Shown here piece by piece: positions 35,546 to 48,700 of a stretch of 64,000 bases of DNA (position 1 is its first letter; each line of letters opens with the position of its first letter). This DNA is from Takakia lepidozioides (Eukaryota; Plantae; Bryophyta), in assembly GCA_030704615.1 (NCBI GenBank), contig CM060734.1, forward strand, positions 16,120,001 to 16,184,000, in the 5' to 3' direction. The position numbers and the translations under genes are program-made. The notes under the pieces are model-generated. The model did not search any database, was not told the origin of the DNA, and saw nothing but the letters and a program-made list of their open reading frames with translations.

Positions 35546-36330
35546 ACACAGCCCACCATGAAACTCTCAACGTCAACAAGGTGCTCACTCACAAAGGGTT
35601 GCTACTCGGAAACAGTAAACCGTGAGGACACGGCTTTTTGAGGGGGGAAGGGGTAATGTTAGAGGACTGTAGGGGACTTAGACACTTATACGGGATCTGT
35701 AGGGTACCCTTAATTTTTGCACAGACTGAGACAAACAGGAACCTTAGGGGTGACAGCAGCGCACTGTAGAGGGGGGTTACATAGCCCACACAGCCGACAC
35801 AGCAGTCACAGCCCACACAGCCAACACACAGTCGTCACAACCCACACAGCCAACACAGCCCGTCACAGTCGTCACAGCCCACAGCAGCCGACACAGCCGT
35901 CACAGCCCACACAGCCAACACAGCCCGTCACAGTCGTCACAGCCCACACAGCCGTCACAGTCGTCACAGCCCACACAGCCCACACAGCCCGTCACAGTCG
36001 TCACAGCAGACACAGCCCACACAGCTAGTCACAGCCCGGCACAGCCACACAGCCAGTCACAGCCCGACACAGCCAAACACAGCCAGTCACCGCTTGACAC
36101 AGCTGTCACGATAATAGGGAACGAAGAGTAGGACAGGGAACGACTGTGGGGAACAACACCAGTGAAGGGAACATGTTAGTTCACATACGACGGTTAGAGA
36201 GGGAAACGGTTAGAACCGCGGATAGGAGGATAAAGGGAAGAACGGGGAATAGGAAGGGATCATTATTCGGGGAGGACTTCGGAGACAGGCGGGAGCGGAG
36301 ATCGGAGAGCACGATGAAGGAGGAAAGAGG
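35546..36330 (+). mobile_element. Family B copy 2 resumes: end of extra ORF, PPT, and 3' LTR (starts TGTTAGAG at 35657; right end not determined)
   Basis: Continues the sequence broken at 28565. Homologous to 13225-13450 and to 52816-53500(-). Confidence 0.85.
35780..36110 (+). repeat. CACAGCC/CACAGTCGT minisatellite within the family B LTR
   Basis: Dozens of ~9-10-bp ACAGCC-core units. The same array occurs at 53030-53255(-). Confidence 0.9.
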
Positions 36331-38134
36331 ATTAGTAGATGCTTGTCATATGCAAAGCTAGAGTGATATTGTAGAGCAGATTAGAGACATAATGGCTTCG
36401 GCCTGATACCTGATAAATCATAATCTGATACTTATACGATACAATCACACTGTGTAGAGAGATCTGAGTGAAGCTGTGGATTGAATGGAGGAGTTAAGGA
36501 AACCGATAAATTGATGAAGCAAACTGATACTTAATTATCAATGGTAAGGTAGCTAAGATGAATGAGGAAAAGGAAACAAATAGGAAACACCCCCATGATA
36601 CACTAGCTGTAGGTCATGACTGATTGTTCTGCGCGGGCTGAGTACTTAGAGATTTCCAACTCTTCTATCTTGGAGTTTCCGCCTCGGATAGCGAAGGGAT
36701 GGGTGAGTAAAAGCCGCGCGACAGTATAGGCCTGGAATGGTATTTTAAGGCCTCATAAAATAGCTCTGCCAAGGTGAAAGAGCAGCTCAGAAACCCCTGT
36801 TTGTTATCAAGCCATGAAACCAAAATGATATGAGGGCCTTGAAGAATGTGTGTTATCTATCAAAGCTTATCCTTTTGATCCATCAAAGTCATACCAAGAA
36901 GTTTCATTTCAGAGCCAAGTATCAAAGCAGTCAGAGTAATAACTGCTATTTTGTACCCTTGTACCCTTCATAGCTTAACTCCTACACATGCAAATGTGGT
37001 TGTAAAAAACCAGAAACAGGGGTAAGGAGAGAAGCAGATCCTCATTGGAGCCATCTTGGAGCAGGTCTGAAGCGGCATGGTGGCAGTTTGAAGTAGCAAA
37101 TGGCATCAGCAGCTTAGGCAGCAGCAGTATCCACATTTGCAAGAACAGGAGCTGCAAGCTTCAAGAAATCAAGACAAGTGAAGACCCTCACCTGTGCCCG
37201 TCCCAAAAACCACCACATAGCGATGTGTGTTAGTGAGGATGCAGCAGGTGAGTGGCAGGTCTTCACAGTTGCTATCCATGTCAGTGTTGAATTCTAAAGC
37301 ATGTACAGATCACAATTCAAGCAAGGGTAAACTCAAAAAACCTTGAGTGTTTGTGGTATGCCCTGCGCCATGGCGTCCAATAGATCGTCTCCAACAGAAC
37401 GCAATCAAAGTAGAAGCGTTCACAGATAGAGAATGGCTCATACAAGAAGAGAGCAACATGTAATCTGTATATAAATAGGGATAGAGTACTTCCCAACGAG
37501 GAGTAAAAGCGCCGATTCATCCAAGAGGGCCAGATTTCAAGCACAAGATTACTTGTGATTCCATGTGGATCAATAGCTACAAGAAACCTTTCTGAGCAAA
37601 GCGATCATCGCTTTGTCGTCTGCCAGAGATGAATCTGCCTAACCGCCAATGCGCATCCCAAGAGCCAGCCATCACGAGTATCATGTAGCAGCAGGGGAGC
37701 AGGTTTACGCGGCGCATCATCAAGGTTCACTGAAGCACGAGTTCAGTGCTGTGAAATGTGTCGACGTGCTTAGGGCATAACTTCCCGATTTCTCATCCAG
37801 GGTGGATGAAAAATCACATTTTATCAAGAGAAGCACATTGTCAATGGATGACATCCAATAAAAAGGTATCTTTTAGGGTTATGGTATAGGCTTAGGTTTA
37901 ATAACTGCCATCATTTATGATGGTAGTTTTATTATCTCTTGGATTTTAAAATAGGTAACCATTATTCATGTAGTTCATCCAGTTTAGATGAAAGAAATAG
38001 ATGGTAAACCAAGCTTTCTGTACATTAAGTTTCATCATCCTATAATAATATCATCCAGATTTGGATGAAAAAGGTTGGGATGAAAAACTAAATAACCTCA
38101 AAAGGTTAAGGCCAGATGAAATCCAAAGAGTTAT

Positions 38135-38153
38135 AGAGGGAGAGGGAGAGAGG

Positions 38154-38239
<86 letters not shown>
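38135..38239 (+). repeat. (GA)n microsatellite
   Basis: About 40 perfect GA units preceded by GGGA variants. Confidence 0.98.
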
Positions 38240-38241
<2 letters not shown>

Positions 38242-38397
38242 AGGAAAAATAAAAAAATAAAAAAATGTGGGGGATTGGGTGAGCAGCTGCTGCTCAGCCC
38301 CCCACATGTTTTTTTTGTTTTTTTTTGGGGATCTGGAATGTAGAGGTTGTTTCCTGGTGAGGCCAACTTTTGGGTTTGCATGACAGTTGCCAGGCTT

Positions 38398-40040
38398 ATG
38401 GGGAAAGAGAAGAAGTCCACTGCCCCAAAGAAAGGGGCGGAGAACCCGTATGCTCTGCCGGCACGTGTGACGCGGGCTGGCGTCTCACGGTTTACCAGTC
38501 CCGTCGACAGCCGCAGCCGGAGGAGTCGTTTGCCCCCCGAGGCCAGTCCCCCCCCGTCTTGGATGCGCCAGGGGCCAGCTCAGCAAGCTTTCCTATTCGG
38601 GAGGTTGTTGCTGAGCCGGATGCTCAGTTGAGCACACCCCCGGCCACCAAGACGGGTGAAATGTATCTTGGCAAGTGCATCACCCGTTCAGGGGCCCGGT
38701 ATGGGGAACTTTTGGATGTCACCCCTATAGCGACCCCTTCCTCCGTAGCGAAGGCTGCACTTGCCAAGGCCCAAGGTCAGGTTCAAGGGCTGTTGAGGAT
38801 GAGCCTCGACAGGATGAGGGAGGAGGAGATGAGGAGGAGGGCCATGAGGTGGCTGAGTTGAGGAAGCGCCTCAAATTAGTCAAGCCGAGTGAGGGCCTCG
38901 ATCTTGTGGAGCATTTGGGGGGGGGGGAGCTCCGGACTGGTGGAGAGCCTAGCCGGTCAGCGACGCCGCCCCCTCAGCCTGAGCGGTCAGCAAAGAAGGG
39001 CCTAGACTACGGGGCGCCGCCGCCGGCTATGCTCCACATCTGGAATCTACTTCTAGTGGCGCTCCGGGAGGGGATAGCGCGGGCACATCCGGCAATGGGG
39101 ACTCCTGCCACATCGGGTGACACCGGGGGCGAGTCGGCCAAACTTGCAAAGGTACAACTGTTGCACCTTGTTCCATGTTTTGTCCTTTCCTTTGCATGCA
39201 TGATTTTCTTTGTTGTTTGTTTCTTTTTTTGAATTTGGGGGGGTTATTCGTCTTTAGGAGGCAACAACATTCTTGGCCTCATTGGCGCAGTCCGGTGCGA
39301 TTGCCAATGAGGGAGAGCACGTGGTGTTCATGAAGGACCCGAACACCAAAGGTAAGAAGAAGAGGCCTCGACCTCCCGAGGTCCCTTTTACCATCAATGA
39401 AGGGGCTGCCGAGGAGAGAGAGAAAAGGGAGAGGGAGAAGGAGAGAGAGGAAGTAGCGGGGAAGGGGAAGGAAAAGAAGAAGAAGAAGAAGTCCTGTGGA
39501 GACGAAGGGGTGAGTGTGCATGCAGGGGAGGACAGTGGGGTAATAAAGGAGCAGGGGAAGGAGGCTATAAAGAAGTGAGAGGGTGGGAAGAAGAAGAAAT
39601 CCTTGGGGATAGAGGACGTGGAGTTGGCAAAGATTGTGGTGCCACCGGTGGAGGTCAATCGCCATGGTGACCCCCGCGGTGCGTTCTGGGAGGCTATGAA
39701 GAAGCCAGCCTTTGAACTCGCAGTGTGGTGGTTCCCTTGGCACATTGAGTGGGCTGATCAGCACTTTGGCACGAAGCGGGCGTATGCCCGTGAGTTAGAC
39801 CGCCGGTTTCCGGGCAATTGGAGTGACACAAGGTGATGGAGATGGTGGGGCGGAACTTGAAGGACAAGAGGTACAGTGCCAAAGAGATCATTCGGAGGGC
39901 AATGGAAAAGGGGGCCCAACCCAAACCACCTTATGGAATTACACAGGTTGGCAAATCCTTGAATCATTTCACCTTCCATTTGTTGCATGTGCATTAATGA
40001 GGTGGATTCGATGCACCGTATGTGTGTAATTCACTAATTG

Positions 40041-40080
<40 letters not shown>

Positions 40081-40609
40081 TAGGTATCGTGGGATGCACT
40101 CATTGCGGAAGAGAATGATGCGGCAAAGAAGGCCAGGCATGCGAAGCAACAACAGACCGCCTTGACAAGCACGAATTCACACAGAAGTGGGGCGCCGGCA
40201 GATCCAAGGGTTTTATCTTGCAATTTGTAAGTCATACTTCCTTACGTATTTTGTTATGTCTTCTTTCTGGCTCCATCATCGTGAGGAACTGACTTTAATT
40301 TGTGCCATGTGGCATGTGTAGCAACGCGCGTTTGAGAGGATGTCATCTCCAGTAGACTACAACTACGCCTGCAAGGAGCATGGTTGACAATCCCTCATGA
40401 AGAACATGACCAACACGGAGGGGATGAGTGCACTGCAGGGCACTAGTATGGATGAGGTGGGGGGGGGGGGTCATGGCTAGGGATTGGATGAGAGCTCTGT
40501 GGGACTTAGGGGAACGCCGCCTGCTTTAGGTGCTCCGGCAAAGGGCGTGGAGTCATCAGGCTCATCGGATAGCTATGAGTCGTCTGAGGATGAGGATGAG
40601 GATGACTAG
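38398..40609 (+). pseudogene. Decayed multi-exon, low-complexity gene, probably a DNA-transposon accessory gene
   Basis: GC-rich coding-like blocks separated by T-rich GT..AG intron-like segments (e.g. ~39152-39257). K/E-rich tracts; ends SSEDEDEDD*. Contains stops and frameshifts. Confidence 0.45.
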
Positions 40610-40889
40610 TCTAGTCCATGTAGGTCCCAGGGTCAGCCTACTGAACCTTGTGAGCAAAGCATTTCAGCTCATTGTTTGTAAATATATTTCCATCTTTCCA
40701 TCTTTCATCTTATTCATGTGTCGCACCGGCCTCACCCTCGATTCATGCTTGCTCAATTGTGTACCTACTAAATCAGAGCAATGGAAGCTGTAAGGTCTCC
40801 CAACACCCCAAAACAAAACCAGGGAAAAACAAAAACCACCCCCAATTCACCCCCAAAAAGAACCCCCAATCCTCCCCCCCACCAGGCTG

Positions 40890-41270
40890 GCCTTGTGACG
40901 GCAGGGCGTCGGTATTGGTGACGTGTTTTTTTGGCGGGGGTCGCAAGCCGCGACGGCCAGGCCTCGCAAATGCCAATACAGGTAGCAACGCCCGACCCCC
41001 CTTGCGACGGTTTTTTTTTACTCCGGGGGTCGCTAGCAACGATGCCGCGACGTCGCGGATCCCAACAGCTTGCCTGCGCCACGTGTTTTAAAAATAATAA
41101 TAATGATAATCTGGAAAGCGACGCTATTGCGTCTCGGAAACCCACGGCCGAGCGTCGCAACGCCCGACTCCAGCGGCGACGGTTTTTTTAATTTGCCACG
41201 TCCAGGAGTCGCTAGCCGCGACATAGCGGCGTCGCTTATCCTACCACCCGGCGTACGCCACCGGGGTGGT
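40890..41270. repeat. Subterminal-like cluster of GCGACG/CGTCGC motifs ending in a hairpin (CACTA-like element end)
   Basis: Many GCGAC/GTCGC motifs in both orientations; hairpin TACCACCCGG..CCGGGGTGGTA. A second copy lies at 52161-52460(-). No terminal CACTA/TAGTG was found. Confidence 0.45.
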
Positions 41271-43353
41271 AAGAATGGCGACAGGACCTCCTCGGATGTG
41301 GGAGACGCTCACTCTCGAATCCGTCCTCTCCCGGGCCGACTCCAATCAGCCAATCTACGAGAGCGGGGTGATGACCGAAGATAGCACGTCCTATACACTC
41401 TCTCAACGGGGCCGACCGCCTAGCAATCTTGTTGCGCGTGTACAACAGGGTGTCGGTGATGGTGCGACACGACGCACAACAAGCCAAGTAGGCCACCTGC
41501 CACGCAAGATGGACCTCAAGGGCCGAATCAAATGAATATAAACAAGAAAGGTGGTTGACAGCAGTCCGGCCAACGGGTGTTGAACCGAAAAAATGTAGAA
41601 ATAGGAGCCATCTGGGCTCTGGAGCCTCGGGGTCCAACCCGGGCTGAGATCCAATACCCACGATACTCCTCTGCAATGGTCAAGATGCGTAGTCGCATTA
41701 ACTTGCAAATCACGCTGGCCTCGGGGCCAGATACGTCGCCAGTCCTGGTGCTGGAACTGCCACTCAAAACTCTCCATGAGGTTAGCAACGTGTGCTTAAA
41801 GGTGAAAAATGTATCTAAACGCACCTAAATACTTCCTCGGCCTTTTCCTGTCGGAGACAAAAAATACAAAACAATAAAAGTTGGATATAGTGAAAGAATG
41901 AGATCCAAGCAGAGAATGATAGGCGTCCACTCTTCTTCCATCTGAGGTGCGGACAAGCCTGACTATTTACTTATCTCCCTGCAGACGCACCATTTATATG
42001 ACGAGCCCTGAGCGCGTGCGGTCAGGGTGACGACATATTAGCTAAGAGGCCGTGGTAAATCGCGGTGTAGGTTGGGCTCACTAAACCGCCTACCCGACTA
42101 CGGTTAGTACAGGGGGTCCGTGGTTGTAGATGGGTGACAATCGTTAACTAATTCCTACCGGCAAGACGGAGTGGAGTACTCCCTCTCACAGGGCGAGTTT
42201 GCGTTTTCTAAGTCCTACGAAACTACTACTTTGTCGGTTCAGTAAGTGCCTTCCAAGTTTTTTATTAGCTAAGTCCTACTGCCTAAGCCTCCGAGCCGCC
42301 TATAGCCGGGATGCATTTCAATCCCTTCACAAGGCACCTACCAAGCCTAGGGAGGAGAATGGTAATCACCCTCTCCCAATGCCCCTCCTTCTCCAGGTGC
42401 TTGAGTTCAAGTCACTCCGCTGGAAGGGCCAATCCTTCCTTGCCTTGGTGCCCAAGTAATTTGTTTTAGCACAAGAGGGGGGCCATAACACCTATCACAA
42501 TCCAATAGGTAAAAAGGGTCCAATAAGGTCACCCTAGGTGGCTTAGATTAATAAGTCCAATAAGTTCAATAAGTTCCCCTAAGTTCTATAAGTTAAATCG
42601 CATTTAAGCCTATTTAGACATTTTCGCAATAAAGAAATGCAGAAAAAATAAATAATATCAGGAAAATCCAGAAAATACCTCCCATGTGGGAAATCGTGTG
42701 GGGGATCCAAAGATGCCCTTGGCACCTAGAAATAACCTTGGGAACCCCTTGGGAACCAAGTTATAACTTGGGAACACCCGAGGGCCATTCCCTGCCACGG
42801 GGAACTGCTACGGCTCTACCAGATGAATGAATCTCATTCAAAGTTCATCCTTGCCACTACATTCATTAGTCCAAAACATGCATGCTCAAAATAATAAAAT
42901 AATCAATGGTGGGTCCAAGCTAGATTACACCCCTTTATATTACTTTAAGGGAGCTGGTGTGCTTTCCCTCATTGGAAAATGTTGTCCCCTACCTTGGGCT
43001 CTGACACAATGGGTCACTGTAGCCTAAATTTTAGGATAGAGTACTTTTGCTCCTCCCCTATCTCTCAAGGTCTCAGCCTCTAGCTCGGAGCTCATAGATC
43101 CGCTCAGCTCCCTCTTTGATTCATAGGGAAGCTCTTTCCAAAGGCTATGGCCTCCCCAAATCCTAGATTTTATCTACCATGGGAGCCCTGGTATATAGGC
43201 TCCTAACCCTCAAAGGGGTGCAAATTAAAACAAATAGCTAAGGATAAGAGTAACCCCCCTTAAAGAAATCGCAGCTGTGTTGCCCGCCGGGTAGACCGCC
43301 CCCGCCACGTGGCGGGGCGTGGCTCCGCGCGGAGCGGTCCGTGCTAGGGACCG

Positions 43354-44079
43354 TGTCGCAGCCCTTTGCCTTGAGGGCGGGGGGTCGGGACACAAGAGGA
43401 GCTGCCCCTGTGGTGGGGGCAGTGGCAGCAAATAGGAAAGGGGGCTGAAGCACCCTTGAGCGCTGAAGGCACTCAAGGAGGCGGAGGCGCTCACTAGGTG
43501 GAGCCCCACAAACCGGGTGGCGGTGGTGGGGCTTCCACGAGGGGTGGTGGTAGCGTAGGGAGTCGTAGTGGGGGTGGCATAGGACTCACCATGAGGCTGA
43601 GGCCTTGTGGTGGGAGTCGTGGGGGGTCTTGGGACTCACCACGGTCCATTGGGGCCATGGTGGGTGGGCCAAGACTCACCGCGACTCACCACTAGGACGA
43701 TTGAGGGTCTAAGTGGTGGTGCACCAGATTTGGACTGTGCTACTTGTGGAACCCCCGCGGACACCTACAGAAGTATATATAGGGAGTAGTAACCCCGAGA
43801 ACGGTGCAAGCCCGTTGGTGACCAAAAACTAGTGAGTAAGCGTACGAGCCAGAAAGCGACCAAGGTGTGGGGAGCTATTCCGGACTGCCATCTACCAAAG
43901 GGAATTTCCACTGAGCCCAACAGGTCGAGGGTCGAGTGGGAGTGTGAGGGGGACCGTTATGCCCCGGTGAGCAGCCGAAGCTCCGAGTTGGCCCGATGGC
44001 CAGTTTGGGAGTTAGGCGCGCGCATCAAAGCGATTAACTATGACTTGACGGGGAGCTTACCGAAGTGAGGTGCGCGACA
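43354..44079 (+). mobile_element. Solo LTR of the chromovirus family
   Basis: TGTCGC..GCGACA, 726 bp, homologous to 28566-29291, flanked by TSD GACCG (43349-43353 and 44080-44084). Confidence 0.95.
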
Positions 44080-44387
44080 GACCGCTGCAGTTAAAGCCGA
44101 CGACCGCCGGTCTGCCAACAGTATTGTTTATCCAGCGGGTAAAAGACCCGCGCCCTGCTTATACACTTCAGCGCCTCGTGCCTGGGCCACACTCGGCTGC
44201 ACTCGGCTGGTGTACTTGATCTCAGTACGACTAAGGTCAGCACTGGGGCCCGGGCCCTACATTGCAAAATATGTGCATATTACTCTTCTCAACTTGTGAG
44301 ATAAGGATGTTCAAGCAGCTGATAAGAGTTTTCCTTAGAAGTACAGGTCAACAGCCTCATGGTAACCCTTATTTTAACGGAGAACAT

Positions 44388-45680
44388 CACTCCCCTTGGA
44401 TGGTGCCGCGTAGGATGGGAATCGGGGGGGGGTGGAGCCGTAGTAGGAGCCAGAGTATTCTGTGGTGCTGTTGGTGTAGATGTTACCAATGATCCGAATG
44501 GCGTCTATTGGGTATCCTAAATCTGTCATGATGGCTAATAATCGAGGGTGATCCAATGACCCAAAGGCATTTTTGAAGTCGATATAGAGGAGGTAGATAT
44601 CTTGTTTGGTGAGTTTGGCGTCTTCTAAAGCAGAGATGACGTATTGTATTTGGCGGATGGTGCTCCGGGTGGCTCGGAACCCTTCTTGGGGGTCACTTAA
44701 AATTCGGTGTTGCTCTCTGTAATTAGACAACATTCGTGTGAGGGTACTGGTAAATAATTTATAAATAGTATTTGCGAGGGAAATGGGTCTATAATTGCTT
44801 AGATCCGTAGGGTCACCTTTTTTAATAATAGAATGGTTTTGCTATGTTTCCAGGAGAGTGGGATACGATGGAGTAGATAGCAAAGTTGAAAAAATTTGAA
44901 GAGGAGAGAGTGGAAGTGGGGGTCGAGTGCTTGTAAAATGGCATTGGGGATGAGATCTGGACCTGGGGCTTTTGATTTGGAGAGGGCTTTTAAGCATGAG
45001 TTGAATAGGTTCGAGGTGAAAAGATTTTTGATGAGGTCTTGAGGGTGACCTCTCCTCTCAAGTGAGAAGCCATCAAGATCATGCCACGAGTAGTGCCTGG
45101 CTTTGCATATACAGTGGAAAATCGTGTTTGTCAGGGTGTAAACAATTTGTGACCGTGGGTGTGTAGGAGGTGGAGGCTTGTAGCCATATTTCATTTTTGA
45201 TATCCTCGGGTTTGGTTAGCATGTGGCCTAGTCTATATTTGATGCAATCGATGGGTGGGTTTATAGCGGGGTTGAAGATGGCTTTGTGAGCTCTCTTGGG
45301 ATGATCGTTTAGTAACTTCCCGAAGGAAGTAGCAAATTTTTTGTGGTTTTCAGTAGCTTTTTGTTTTGTGATGTTGTATGCCATTTTTTTGGAAACTCTC
45401 CCAATCTTGGAGAGGGCGGCGGTCCATTGTGGAAGAGCTAGTGGGTCCACAGGGGGTGGCATTGGAGGTTGGCATATTGGTAAGGTGTTCAGAGCCGTAA
45501 TACGTGGGTCGGTTTGCCAGTTGTTGTATAAAGGGGTTGGGCGAGAAGGAGTGATAGAGAGGGCGCGCCTAATGGAGTGATAGATGTTGAGTTGTAGGGT
45601 CCATTCGCGTTTTTGGGTGCGGGTGAGATAGCCACCGTTTTGTTTGGATTGAGGAGTTTGTGGGAGGTCAGGGGGAGAGG
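44388..45680 (-). pseudogene. Non-LTR retrotransposon (LINE) reverse transcriptase fragment
   Basis: KAPGPDLIP, WKHSKTILL, NYRPISLAN, QEGFR, YIDFKNAFGSLDH, RGTIQG. Frameshifted and truncated before the YADD motif. Confidence 0.9.
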
Positions 45681-45704
45681 AGCACGTAGCTAGTACGCTT
45701 TATT

Positions 45705-48700
45705 TGTATCACATAATCCTCAGCCATGTCAAAAGTTTCCTCCACAGAACCAGTAGTATCGGAATCATCTTCCCCCCGTTGACCGTACTGTTTCCTGACC
45801 TTCGGTGGTTTCACAGGAATCCTGACTGGCATATAGTTGAGGAGCAAGGCTCTTTATAAGGTGAAGGAGGATTAGAGAGGCAGCACCACTCCATAAAACA
45901 GAGGAGGGAAGCAACTGTAATGGCGGATCCACTTGCCACAAGGAATCCACACGATGATGTTTCCATAGCTCCTGCACATGATGGGCTACAGCAGCATAAT
46001 GGGTTGTTATTACTGGAAGCACAGCCATTAGAGAGGAGGCAGAAGTCACTTCGGTACCATGACCAGCACAACAAGCTAACCAAGTTGCCCCAGTGGTAAC
46101 TCAGACTAGACTTGCTGTTACACCAGTTGATGTCTAGAAGGACAGGTACATCTTTGAGTTGCAGCAAACCATCACAGTACGTGACAATGAACTTTCTGTG
46201 AGTGAAAAAGCTTGGAAAGAAGCCAATAATCTGTTAGCTGCCTATGCAGCTCTGGTTGAGCCTCATGCAAAGCGCATGGAAAGTTTACAACAGCAGTTGG
46301 AAGCATACCGGCTCAAGGAGGAGCATGATCTCCATGGTGTTAGGACTTGGTGGATAATCATCTTTTGCAAGAGTGGTTAACACAAGGGCCAGTGGAAGGG
46401 AAAGCACCAAGAAAGCTCACTCAAGACGAGATGAATGATCTCAGGTTACAGGTGCAGAACATTGCCACAACCACTATAAACAATGTCTATAGTCGGATAG
46501 CTGAGTTACAGGAGGATGTAGAAGGGTTGCAGACTCAAGTGGATGACTTGAGCTCCAACATTGACAAAAGGGCCTTTGTTCCTGAGGAACAGCTCATGGC
46601 TTTGATTTTCCAATCTTCAGCACAGGAAGTGCATGACTTGCCAACATCAGGAGGGACTATGGCAACAACATCACAACAACCACACCAGGTCGACAGTGTT
46701 GATACCATGGCACTATATGAGATTTGGGGTGATGCTTCTTTTAACCCACCTACTACTCCTGCTGCACTTGAATACAATCGGGCTATGATTCTATCCTTCA
46801 ACCAAATTCCTATTGTTATGGATTTGGCTTGGAAAGAATTCAGTCCTCCAGAGTCTTTGGCACACTATTACTAGATTATGATGGTTGCCAGTGGCAACTC
46901 GGACTAAAGTTCTTCCAACTAATAGGCCCATTGAAGATCACCATTTAGCGCGGTACTGGTCTGAGGCAGGAACCATGCTGAAGGAATTCATTGCCTTCCA
47001 AATTGTTCATGGATTCACTTACACCAAGACCAAGGAGGTACCTAGTTTGGTCATGGGTTGTTGACTGTATTATACTGCTTGTTTTATTTCATGCTATCAC
47101 ATTGAGCAGCAGAAGGTGCAGATGAGATTTCAGACTTATTCCAGTGGGGAGCATTGGATGTTACCTTCAGTTCCACCACATACATATATGTATGGTGTAA
47201 GGATCATGCTTCAGAATGATCCCCAACTTCGTTCTTGGTTAAATTTTGCTCTGAGAACTTGGCCAATGAGAACTTGGGTCTTGACCACATTTTTCCCAAG
47301 GGGCATGAAGCCAGGAAGTGGCTACACTTCTCCAAAGTCATTGGCTCACCACTCAGCTATACAGATGATGAGCTACGGGCATATACTAATCTTGCCCGAA
47401 AGAGGTTGACACAAGTTTTACAATATAAGCTGTGGTTGCCTCAAACACCCCCATTATCTTGCGTTCTTGCGCATCAAGCAAGCAAAAATCAAAGATGATA
47501 TGTGCAATAATTGGGCCAGACACAATGATTGGGGACTTGGCAGCAGTAGTCTGTAATCGTTTCATCTCCTCCACCAGACCACTGTGCATCAGCTCTGCCC
47601 AAGCTACATCCTCTCCTTTCAAGGCTTTCAAAACCTCCTCCGTAAAAGATCTGCTAAGATACTGTTGTTCTGTTTTATGGCAAACAGAATGTTTAGTACT
47701 TGGCCAATTTCCCTCAACCCTGGATACTCGGCTTTGGTGCAAGTGAATCCTTGGTTCCTGAAAAAACTTGTTTCTTGGAAAAGATTCCCTATGTCCTGTG
47801 TTCATCCACGCTCACATTACCAGATGGTAATTCAAAAAGTTGTTGCAAGTACTGCGGAGTAACTTGTATATCTACGCCCTTCACCTGGGTAACTCCCGAC
47901 TTTGGCTCAAAGTTCTTGATGAACTGGATCATCAAATCCCGATGATGCAAAGACCACTCTTTGCGCAACAGTCCCTCCAACCGCAACTCCCTCAGCAGCT
48001 GCACTGCCTGTGGTGTGGCGATTGTTTGCCTCTATAAGATCGTCGTGCTCTTCACTTGTAGATCCTCCATCTCTCTAATTTGCTTCATCCCGGACAAACA
48101 ATAAGGCCTTGATTGGAATAACTACAGGAAAGCTTGTAATGCGTATAGCATGAAAGTGTGATTAGCACATAATGGAACAGTCAAGTGGGTGTAAGCCTGC
48201 GGGGCTTGCAAATAGTGAGTGAGAGAGAAAGTACTTTTGACCTGCCCTTCCTTGCGCCACTACGTAAGAAGTAGAGCCAGTGTATAGTCCGTGATATCCG
48301 CCATAGCTACAAAGCTATAGCTTTGATTGCCCCTCCTGTCGAGACACTGGTTATCCAGAATAACACCTATTTTTCTGCTCATAATCTTCTTAGTTTCTTG
48401 TTCTTGTTTCTTGAATGGAGTCTCTTGCACAAAATTCACGTTGCTGATTGGTCGTTGCCTCATTAGATAACTTCTCATTTTTACCCTAATCTGTTCACAT
48501 TCCATCTTGGAATGATCACTATGACTACATATGTGGCAAAGGTTCCCCTTTGCCGGACGTGTAAAGTGTTCCGTTACCTGTCCTCTTGATGCATTAATGG
48601 GCTCATAATAAGTTTCGGCTGATGTACCGGGTAGGTACTTTGACGGCCCTGTTTGTCTTCTTGTGTGATGACGTTGTTATTGCAGTACATGCAATGCAGA

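Noticed and set aside
35717-36028. His/Ser/Thr-rich 103-aa ORF
   Set aside because: Translation of the LTR minisatellite.
37778-38125. Possible MITE with GGATGAAA/TCATCC motifs
   Set aside because: The motif repetition is visible, but I could not define terminal inverted repeats or a TSD.
41280-43340. Possible further retroelement/LTR remnant (short TAAGTTC repeats, TATA-like motif)
   Set aside because: No termini, TSD, second copy or protein motif could be established by eye.
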